Shown here in pieces: positions 37,722 through 45,152 of a stretch of 48,449 bases of DNA. Below the pieces are notes generated by a model. That model saw nothing but the letters and a program-made list of their open reading frames with translations, had not been told where the DNA came from and did not search any database. The translations under genes and the position numbers were made by a program. Each line of letters begins with the position of its first letter. Positions within the stretch are counted from its first letter, which is position 1. The DNA is taken from assembly GCA_043816185.1 (NCBI GenBank), contig JBDRIG010000010.1, forward strand, positions 1 through 48,449, written 5' to 3'. This DNA is from Elusimicrobiota bacterium (GTDB taxonomy: Bacteria; Elusimicrobiota; UBA8919).

Positions 37722-38177
37722 ATGTTTTTATACGAGTTTAACTCGAAGTTTATGAAAACGTTTAATATCCATGATTCGAGTAACAGGTTAAATATGTCAT
37801 TTTGTCAAAAACGTGAAATTAAGTGTTTTTGTGGAAAAGAGTTTGAATGGGAATTATGGGATTCCATAAACGTAACAACAGATCCTGATTTAAAAGATGT
37901 GATTTTAAATGGACAGATGAATGTAGTTGTTTGTCCTTTTTGCGGAGTTTTATTTTATTACGAAAAATTTTTGCTGTATCACGATGAAAAAAAACGGTAT
38001 CTGTTTTATGTTTATGAACATAATTGTAAAGAAGATAAAACAAAATTAAAAGAGAAGGCGAATTGTGACTATGAAACTGTAAAAAAACAATCAAATAATA
38101 CAGTTTTTACCAATTATAAAGTTGAAGTTTTTTTTGGACTTGACGAACTTATCCAATTTTTAAATGAAAAAGAATGA
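37722..38177 (+). CDS. CpXC-domain zinc-ribbon protein
   Basis: CFCGKEFEWELWDSINVTTDPDLKDVILNGQMNVVVCPFCG matches the CpXC pattern (two CxxC pairs flanking an N-V-x-x-x-P-x-L segment). The true start may be the ATG at 37794. Confidence 0.6.
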   Translation: MFLYEFNSKFMKTFNIHDSSNRLNMSFCQKREIKCFCGKEFEWELWDSINVTTDPDLKDVILNGQMNVVVCPFCGVLFYYEKFLLYHDEKKRYLFYVYEHNCKEDKTKLKEKANCDYETVKKQSNNTVFTNYKVEVFFGLDELIQFLNEKE

Positions 38178-38190
38178 TTGTACCTGTTAG

Positions 38191-38472
38191 CTAACACTTA
38201 CTGAATGTGATGTAATAGATGATGAAGAACAAAACGCTTGTGCTGACAGCGGGTATTCCAGCACCGACGACTTAAAAAAAATTAAAGAAGGCAGGACTAT
38301 ACATCGTCTCATTAACGAAGATGTAAAAATCAAACTTGAAAAGCAGTACCTGAAAAAAGAATCCAAAGAAATCTATAAACTGCGAAAGCAAAAAGTTGAA
38401 CTTCCATTCGGGCATATTAAACGCAATCTTGGAGTAAATTCATTCTTGCTCAGAGGGCTTGATGGTGTCAAT
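38191..38472 (+). pseudogene. C-terminal fragment of an IS1182/IS5-like DDE transposase
   Basis: No start codon. Frame 1 reads ...ADSGYSSTDDLKKI...RKQKVELPFGHIKRNLGVNSFLLRGLDGVN (conserved DxGY and VE-x-x-FG-x-IK-x-x-x-G...FLLRGL blocks). The homology ends exactly where a MITE terminal repeat begins (38473). Confidence 0.7.
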
Positions 38473-38577
38473 CAGACTGTGTCGCAATTCCACTTTTGGT
38501 CATTGTGTGGCTTCCGAAGGAAGCCGTGGCAATCTCTTTCCGACGAAAATGTTTTAAAGATTGCTTCGCTTCGCAGT

Positions 38578-38693
38578 CAGACTGTGTCGCAATGAGCTAA
38601 AAAGTTGCATTTTTATAGAAGATAGCAACTAATAGTAAAATATGGTACTGCAATCCAACACTAGATGGTAAAAGATGGATTGCGACACAGTCT
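38578..38693 (+). mobile_element. MITE-like element (family A), copy 2
   Basis: Same termini and interior as 27206-27322, with 3-4 substitutions. An extra solo terminal repeat cagactgtgtcgcaat lies at 38473-38488. Confidence 0.8.
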
Positions 38694-38837
38694 CAATGAC
38701 GACAAAATCCTCAAAATCTCCCCAAAGAATATAGGATGCGATGTAGTTTGTTCAGCTTGTTTTTTTCGCCGCAGGTGAACCTGCTTGGTTTGTTTTCTCG
38801 TTAGTCAGTTTTTCTTACAACATTTATATTGTGAATT

Positions 38838-39743
38838 ATGAAAAAATTTAAAATTGGTTTGGCGTTAGGTGGTGGTGGAGCGCGTGGTCTTGCTCATATC
38901 GGTGTTTTAAAAATTCTTGAAAAAAATGGGATTTTACCAGATATTGTTGCTGGAACATCAATTGGTGCAATCATTGGAGCGATGTATTGTTATGGAATGT
39001 CAATCGATGAAATGGAGAAGAAAACCACCGAGTTCGTCTTAACCGATATATACACAGAGTTAAGATTTGACAAAATGTCGTCACCAGAATCAAAAAATAT
39101 TTTTACAGAGATATTCGGCAAGGTAAAAAAAAACACACTTTTTTATTTAGCAGGGGTTAAAACGGCATTTCTGGAAAAAAAATCTCTTGATAAGATGGTG
39201 GAGTTTTTTTTGCCAGATATTGATTTTTGCGATTTAAAAATTCCGTTTGCTTGCGTAGCGGTTGATATTTCACGAGGCAGAGAAATTGTGATTCAAAAGG
39301 GCCCTATTCGGGAAGCAGTTTCAGCGAGTATTTCAATTCCTGGAATTATGCCTCCTGTAAAATGTGACGGTAATATTCTCGTGGACGGCGGTGCAGTTCA
39401 GCTTATTCCAGTTAAAGTGATAAAAGATATGGGTTGCGATTTTTCAATAGGTGTCGATGTTAGTATGAGCCTTTCCGTTGTTTCACAGGATGATCTAAAA
39501 AATGCTTTTAATATCATTAATCGCACAAATGAAGTTACACTTTCCGTGCTAAGACAAATTCAACTTAAAGACGTTGATTTTTTAATTAAACCAGATGTCC
39601 AAACTGTAAAGTGGTTTGAGATAAAAAAATTTCGCGAGTGTATATTGTCTGGTGAAAATGAAACCCTAAAAAGTATTTCTCAGCTTAAAAGCAAAATAAT
39701 AACAAAGAGGATAAAAACATTTCTTAAACGTATTTTCTGTTGA
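38838..39743 (+). CDS. patatin-like phospholipase
   Basis: GLALGGGGARGLAHIGVLK oxyanion motif, GTSIGAIIGA (GxSxG) and DGG catalytic Asp motif. Confidence 0.85.
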   Translation: MKKFKIGLALGGGGARGLAHIGVLKILEKNGILPDIVAGTSIGAIIGAMYCYGMSIDEMEKKTTEFVLTDIYTELRFDKMSSPESKNIFTEIFGKVKKNTLFYLAGVKTAFLEKKSLDKMVEFFLPDIDFCDLKIPFACVAVDISRGREIVIQKGPIREAVSASISIPGIMPPVKCDGNILVDGGAVQLIPVKVIKDMGCDFSIGVDVSMSLSVVSQDDLKNAFNIINRTNEVTLSVLRQIQLKDVDFLIKPDVQTVKWFEIKKFRECILSGENETLKSISQLKSKIITKRIKTFLKRIFC

Positions 39744-39956
39744 CCATTTTTTTAATTTATGTATAATAAGGTTATTGAAAAAGTATCCAAAACCGTCATT
39801 GCAAGAAGTCTTGTTTTGTGGGACGACGAGGTAATCTTAACCTTATTGTCGGACGTAATTTTATAAGATTGCTTTGCAAACACTTGCAACAATGGCAAAA
39901 TCAGTTTTTCAATAATACTACGATGAAAATATATTGCATAAGGGAGAGTTAATAAG

Positions 39957-40091
39957 ATGAAACCAACTTTTAATCCAAACGTAAGAAGAGACAAAAAGCA
40001 TAAGGGATTTCGTGCCAAAATGGCCTCTTCTGGCGGAAGAAATGTCTTGAGCCGTCGTAGAAATAAGGGCAGAAAAAATTTGATACCTTAA
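39957..40091 (+). CDS. rpmH: 50S ribosomal protein L34
   Basis: 44-aa ORF, below the ORF-track cutoff: [54 protein letters not shown]. Directly upstream of rnpA. Confidence 0.9.
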   Translation: MKPTFNPNVRRDKKHKGFRAKMASSGGRNVLSRRRNKGRKNLIP

Positions 40092-40438
40092 TGGGTTTAT
40101 CGCGGTCAAATCGTCTAACAAAAGTCGATAACTTTGCCGAAATAAAAAAATCCGAAGGATGTAGGAAAATCTTATCCAATGGGTTTGTTTTTTATATCTG
40201 TCCGAATAAAAAAAATGTTTCTCGGATTGCCGTAGTATGTTTTTCAAAACTTGGAGATGCGTGTGTTCGCAACAAGTTGAAGCGGCGAGTTCACGAGATT
40301 TTTCGTCTAAATAATGTGCGATTTAAGTATTATGCAGATATTATTGTAATTCCGCAAAAAGATGTTATGCCGCTGGCAAATTATTTGTATATTGAAAAAC
40401 ATTTCTTGAATACACTAAAACAAATAAGAATTATATGA
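40091..40438 (+). CDS. rnpA: ribonuclease P protein component
   Basis: Start overlaps the rpmH stop (TAATG). Basic 115-aa protein with NKLKRRVHEIFR, resembling the RNR motif region. Conserved rpmH-rnpA order. Confidence 0.85.
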   Translation: MGLSRSNRLTKVDNFAEIKKSEGCRKILSNGFVFYICPNKKNVSRIAVVCFSKLGDACVRNKLKRRVHEIFRLNNVRFKYYADIIVIPQKDVMPLANYLYIEKHFLNTLKQIRII

Positions 40439-40641
40439 AATTATTGTCCATTTTTCTTATTAAAATATATCAACTTGTATTTTGTTTTATGCCAAAGTGT
40501 TGCAGGTTTTACCCGAGTTGCTCTGTGTACGCTGTTGAGTCGTTGAAGAAATTCGGATTTTTTAAAGGATGGTTTTTGACGCTAAAGCGACTTTTTAAGT
40601 GTGGTCCATGGCATCCTGGTGGCTATAATCCGGTGCCGTAA
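40435..40641 (+). CDS. yidD: membrane protein insertion efficiency factor
   Basis: CRFYPSCSVYAVESLKKFG...CGPWHPGGYNPVP is the YidD signature. Confidence 0.9.
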   Translation: MKLLSIFLIKIYQLVFCFMPKCCRFYPSCSVYAVESLKKFGFFKGWFLTLKRLFKCGPWHPGGYNPVP

Positions 40642-40781
40642 GAAGCTGTCCGACAAATCGTAAAACAGTCATTTTTTTGTAAAATATAGCAGTATTTGGC
40701 AACTAATAGCAACAAACAACACATCATTTTTTTACTGACGCTGTGTCGTCGGTAAAGCGGAATAGGTTGTCGGACAGCCTC
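40642..40781. repeat. inverted-repeat-bounded element in the yidD-yidC spacer
   Basis: gctgtccgacaa (40645-40656) and ttgtcggacagc (40767-40778) are perfect 12-bp inverted repeats 110 bp apart. The interior shares aataggttgtcgg with family C. Confidence 0.55.
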
Positions 40782-40836
40782 TTCAGACCGTTCATGTTTG
40801 AGTAACTTGTGTTTTGCACGTGGAGATTAATTTATT

Positions 40837-42480
40837 ATGGAAAAGAAAACTTTTTTAGCAATTGTTTTATCGCTCGTAATTCTTGTTGTTTGGCAGTGGG
40901 CATTTAAACCTAAATCGCAACATATAGATTTAGCACAATCCACACAAACTATACAAACCACATCTACCACCGATAAAATACAACAACCATCACAAATACG
41001 GGCTGAAAATAGCGAAGCCACATTGGACAATAGTGCTATTGAGTCAAAAAAACCTGCCAAAACATTTCAAATTGAAACAGATGAAATGATTTATACTTTG
41101 AGCGAGGACGAAGCCTCCATAACCAGTTGTCTCCTTAAAGAAAATCGTTTAAATAAAAAAACAACTGTTGAACTTGTGTTAAATGGCAAATTAGCAAATG
41201 ACAAAAATACTGGCAATTGGTTAAGCATAATATCTCAGAAAGATCGATCGCATAATATCTGCCCACCAGTCGTCGAGCAGATCTGCCCACCCGAATTTGT
41301 CGGACAGGCAAAATTCTTAAAGAGAATTCATGAGTTTGACATAGAAAAAACATTTTATTTCAAGAAAGATTCAAATTTTGTAGACATAAAATATAGTGTT
41401 TTGAATAAAACCAAATTGCCAAAAAGTTTTAATGGTTTAACATTGTCAATTGGTCCTGGGCTTGGTACCGATGTAAAAGAATTAAAGGAAAATAATCGTC
41501 TTTTAAGAGCGATTTTATATTCAACAAAAAAGGCTGAAAAATTAAAAGTCGGTGATTACCAATTCGTTTCAAAGTGGGCAGGTATTGACAATAGATATTT
41601 CCTCTCAGTTTTTTTACGAACGAACGATGATTTTAAAAATATAAAAGTTGAAACGTCAGAGAAAATACCATCAATGGAAATTTTTACAGGCAAAATTGAC
41701 TTTTTACCGTTTGAAAAAAAACTTTTTTCCATAATTTATTACACGGGACCTAAAGGGTATGCCAATCTTAAAGGAATGAAACTTGACGGACTTAACCCGC
41801 AACTTGAAAAGGCGGTTGATTTTGGATTTTTCAGCGATCTTGGAGAAATTGCACTTTTTGCATTGAATTACATTTACAAATTTACCAATAATTATGGTTG
41901 GGCGATCTTTATAATATCCGTAATTCTTAATATTATATCGTATCCACTTTCTAAGAAATCATTTACATCTTCACAAAAAATGAAATCGGTGCAGGAAGAG
42001 ATAAAGATACTTCAGATGAGATACAAGGGCGATCCTAAAAAATTGAATACCGAAACATGGGCACTTTATAAAGCAAAAGGTGTAAATCCTCTTAGCGGAT
42101 GTTTGCCAATGCTCGTTCAATTGCCTATTTTTTGGGCACTTTTCACGATGCTTAGAAATGCCTACGAATTACGTGGCGCACATTTTATATTCTGGATTAC
42201 GGATTTGTCGGCGAAAGACCCTTACTATATTTTGCCTATTTTAATGGGTGGTGGAATGTTTTTACAGCAATGGATGTCCACAAACACCGCTGACCCAACA
42301 CAGAAACAGATGATGATAATGATGCCAATAATTTTTACCGTAATGTTCCTCGGATTTCCATCAGGGTTAGTTATTTACTGGCTTACAAATAGTATTGTAA
42401 CAGTTCTAGAACAGTGGCTTATTTTTTCCAAAGGGTCTTCAGATAAAAAAAATAAAAATGTAATTTTATCTACTCGGTAG
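40837..42480 (+). CDS. yidC: membrane protein insertase YidC (long, diderm type)
   Basis: N-terminal TM, large periplasmic domain, and a C-terminal 60-kDa IMP core (GWAIFIISVILNIISYPL, NPLSGCLPMLVQLPIFWALF, VIYWLTNSI). Confidence 0.9.
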   Translation: MEKKTFLAIVLSLVILVVWQWAFKPKSQHIDLAQSTQTIQTTSTTDKIQQPSQIRAENSEATLDNSAIESKKPAKTFQIETDEMIYTLSEDEASITSCLLKENRLNKKTTVELVLNGKLANDKNTGNWLSIISQKDRSHNICPPVVEQICPPEFVGQAKFLKRIHEFDIEKTFYFKKDSNFVDIKYSVLNKTKLPKSFNGLTLSIGPGLGTDVKELKENNRLLRAILYSTKKAEKLKVGDYQFVSKWAGIDNRYFLSVFLRTNDDFKNIKVETSEKIPSMEIFTGKIDFLPFEKKLFSIIYYTGPKGYANLKGMKLDGLNPQLEKAVDFGFFSDLGEIALFALNYIYKFTNNYGWAIFIISVILNIISYPLSKKSFTSSQKMKSVQEEIKILQMRYKGDPKKLNTETWALYKAKGVNPLSGCLPMLVQLPIFWALFTMLRNAYELRGAHFIFWITDLSAKDPYYILPILMGGGMFLQQWMSTNTADPTQKQMMIMMPIIFTVMFLGFPSGLVIYWLTNSIVTVLEQWLIFSKGSSDKKNKNVILSTR

Positions 42481-42507
42481 ATTGGCAGATTTGGAGGTTT
42501 ATTTGTT

Positions 42508-43323
42508 ATGAAAAATGAGAAAAATGAAATTGAGACAACTGGTAAAACTGTGGATGAAGCGATAGAAAAAGGACTAAAAGAACTTAAAATTAGTAAAAAA
42601 GATGCTGAAATAAAAATTCTTGACGAGGGCAAACCCGGACTTTTTGGGTTAATGGGTTTTTCTCCGGCAAGAATAAAAATATCAGCTAAAAATGGTGTTC
42701 CAATATCGAAAAAAACCGATGAGTTTATTTCTGATGCTTCTAATGAGGCTCAACCTACTACTACGGATTTTTCTTCCATGTTAGATACTTATCCATTATC
42801 GGCGAAAGATTCACGGGTTTCGGACAGCAAAATTGGTAAAATTACATCTATTTCTCCAATTGACTACACGGTTGTATCAAAAAGTGCTGAAAAAATTATT
42901 AAAAAAATGTTGGAACTTGCTGGTTTCGTAGTCAAAGTGTCCACAGAAGTATCTCATAAAAATGGTATTACGTTCAATGTTTCCTGTGAGGACAGCCCTA
43001 TTCTGATAGGTAGACAGGGGCAAACGATTGAAGCAATAGAATATATATTAAAATTGATATTAGGCAAACAGGAAAGCCATGGTGTAAGAGTATCGCTCGA
43101 CATAGATGGTTATCTCGAAAAAAAATCTGAAAAAATTGTCAAAAAAGCAAAAGAACTTGAAGAATATGTGAAAGAAAAAGGTGAACCAATAGAAATAAAA
43201 CTTCCAGCAAACGAAAGAAAAATAATACATCTTACCTTGCAGAATAGCGAATTTGTTGAAACAATATCAGATGGTGAAGGCGAGAATAGAAAAATTATTA
43301 TTAGGCCAAAGTCTCACTCGTAA
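42508..43323 (+). CDS. jag: Jag/KhpB RNA-binding protein (Jag_N, KH, R3H)
   Basis: N-terminal GKTVDEAIEKGLKELKISKKDAEIKILDEG, KH-like GRQGQTIEAIEYIL, and R3H-like ERKIIHLTLQ. Conserved position after yidC. Confidence 0.85.
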   Translation: MKNEKNEIETTGKTVDEAIEKGLKELKISKKDAEIKILDEGKPGLFGLMGFSPARIKISAKNGVPISKKTDEFISDASNEAQPTTTDFSSMLDTYPLSAKDSRVSDSKIGKITSISPIDYTVVSKSAEKIIKKMLELAGFVVKVSTEVSHKNGITFNVSCEDSPILIGRQGQTIEAIEYILKLILGKQESHGVRVSLDIDGYLEKKSEKIVKKAKELEEYVKEKGEPIEIKLPANERKIIHLTLQNSEFVETISDGEGENRKIIIRPKSHS

Positions 43324-43346
43324 TTTTTCCAAAATTTTGTTAATAT

Positions 43347-43430
43347 GGGCAGGTGGCGGAGCGGCCAATCGCAACAGACTGTAAATCTGTCGGGCTGTGC
43401 CCTACGAAGGTTCGAATCCTTCCCTGCCCA
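43347..43430 (+). tRNA. tRNA-Tyr (anticodon GTA), class II with long variable arm
   Basis: Folded by hand. 7-bp acceptor stem gggcagg/cctgccc, 3-bp D stem, 5-bp anticodon stem acaga/tctgt with loop ctGTAaa, variable arm gggc-tgt-gccc, T arm gaagg-ttcgaat-ccttc, discriminator A. CCA is not encoded. Confidence 0.85.
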
Positions 43431-43584
43431 TTGTTTTAATTTTATTGTATTGAAAACTGGTTGTTGTCTTGCTTCTTTTTTGCTTCTCGTAGGCATGGTT
43501 CTTCAACCGTACGTCGTCGTGCGTGATGCGTATTGCGTATGGCGTCATGTGTTTGTAGGCATGGTCTGCGACGCATTTGTCATT

Positions 43585-43701
43585 GAGACTGTGTCACAAT
43601 CCATCTTTTACCATCTAGTGTTGGATTGTAGTACCATATTTTACCATCAGTTACTATCTTCTATAAAAATGCAACTTTTTAGCTCATTGCGACACAGTCT
43701 G
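43585..43701 (-). mobile_element. MITE-like element (family A), copy 3, inverted
   Basis: Reverse complement matches 27206-27322 with about 5 substitutions. Lies about 155 bp downstream of tRNA-Tyr. Confidence 0.8.
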
Positions 43702-43814
43702 ATTGCGAGCGGCCTTGTATTGTGAGCGAAGCGAAGCAATCTCGAACGGCACGCAAATAAGTTAGTGCCTACAACTTCTTACTTCTCTGCTCCTTTGACT
43801 CTCGTATTAAAAAA

Positions 43815-44474
43815 ATGCAAAAAGTAAAAATTAGTGGATATTATTTTATCACCGACGAAAATTTAAGTAAAGCAGGAAATATTTTGGATGTAAAAAATGC
43901 GGTTTCATCTGGTGTAAAAGTTGTTCAGTATAGAAATAAAAGTGGCTCGACAAAAGAAATGTACGATGAAGCACTTGAATTAAAAAAAATCTGTCGTAAA
44001 TCAAAAGATGTGATTTTTCTAATAAACGATCGAATAGATATTGCAGTTGCATCTAATTCCGACGGTGTTCATATTGGACAAGGTGATATGCCGTATCCTG
44101 TTGCAAGAAAAATTTTAGGCAAAAACAAGATTATCGGCGTTACCGTTCACACTGTTAAAGAAGCAAGAGATGCAGAAAAATTGGGTGCGAATTATATTAG
44201 TGTCGCACCCATTTTTTTAACAAACACAAAAAAAGATGCAAATAAACCCGTCGGAGTTTCGCTCATAAATAAGATAAAATCCTGTGTAAGTGGGACAATT
44301 CCAGTTATAGCAATTGGTGGAATAAATCTATTAAACGCAAAAGAAGTTATAGAGGCGGGTGCTGATGGACTGTGTGCTATATCGTCGGTAGTTACTAAAA
44401 ATAATGTCAAAAAAGAGATAAAAAAAATTCAAAAACTAATACAAAATAATACGGAAATTAAATATGCAAATTAA
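43815..44474 (+). CDS. thiE: thiamine-phosphate synthase
   Basis: YFITD..., VVQYRNK, INDRIDIA, DGVHIGQGD and IAIGGI motifs of ThiE. Confidence 0.85.
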   Translation: MQKVKISGYYFITDENLSKAGNILDVKNAVSSGVKVVQYRNKSGSTKEMYDEALELKKICRKSKDVIFLINDRIDIAVASNSDGVHIGQGDMPYPVARKILGKNKIIGVTVHTVKEARDAEKLGANYISVAPIFLTNTKKDANKPVGVSLINKIKSCVSGTIPVIAIGGINLLNAKEVIEAGADGLCAISSVVTKNNVKKEIKKIQKLIQNNTEIKYAN

Positions 44475-44627
44475 ATTTGTGAACCAACAAACTCCTTCTG
44501 ATAAGACAGAAAAAACCATAGAAGGTATTTTCCGAATGGCTAGTCAGATAATGTTTAATTATTACATTATAGTATTGAAGAAAGATATTCGACAAATTGA
44601 GAACAAATACACCGTATCGTTAACAAA

Positions 44628-45101
44628 ATGACCAATACACCTTATACTACTGAGTATTTAAGATTTCTTGAAACACTTGACAAAAATAAAGTGGATTATT
44701 TGATTATTGGTGCGTACGCCACAATGATACATACTAAAGAACCACGTGCCACTAAAGATATAGATACATGGGTACGACAAACGGAAGAAAACACTAAAAA
44801 ATTAAGTGCTGCACTGAAAGAATTTACCGGCGAAATAATTTCGCCGGAAACCATTATGCGAAAGGATCAAAAAATAGAAATAAAAAGTGAGACATTTAAA
44901 ATTGAAATATGGACGTCTCAAGAGATAATTACCTTTGAGCAGGCATGGGAAAAGAAAAAAACAGAATTGGTCGCCGGATTTACTATTACCGTTATATCAA
45001 AAGAAGATTTAATAAAATTAAAAAAACATTTTAATAGACCACAAGACAAGTTAGATGTTTTCTTGCTTGAATCAAAAGATATTCACAAAAAAACGGAATA
45101 G
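44628..45101 (+). CDS. small nucleotidyltransferase-fold protein of unknown function
   Basis: VDYLIIGAYATMIHTKEPRATKDIDTWV (Gly-rich strand-turn plus D-x-D) and C-terminal VISKEDLIKLKKHFNRPQDKLDVFLLE resemble minimal NTase-fold proteins often found in toxin-antitoxin or defence contexts. Confidence 0.55.
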   Translation: MTNTPYTTEYLRFLETLDKNKVDYLIIGAYATMIHTKEPRATKDIDTWVRQTEENTKKLSAALKEFTGEIISPETIMRKDQKIEIKSETFKIEIWTSQEIITFEQAWEKKKTELVAGFTITVISKEDLIKLKKHFNRPQDKLDVFLLESKDIHKKTE

Positions 45102-45152
45102 ATTTTACAATGCAAAAAAAAAGTATCTAAAAAATTCAAAGGGAGGTAAAGT

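Noticed and set aside
39744-39956. Possible oriC / DnaA-box cluster upstream of rpmH
   Set aside because: Only weak single matches were seen (gtatccaaa, tgtgggacg), with no cluster and no adjacent dnaA.
39752-40247. Three overlapping minus-strand ORFs (88, 109 and 69 aa)
   Set aside because: They are antisense to rpmH and rnpA, which are supported by strong motifs and conserved gene order.
43345-43725. 126-aa plus-strand ORF
   Set aside because: It overlaps the hand-folded tRNA-Tyr and runs through the inverted MITE copy. It has no RBS and is a repeat-derived peptide.
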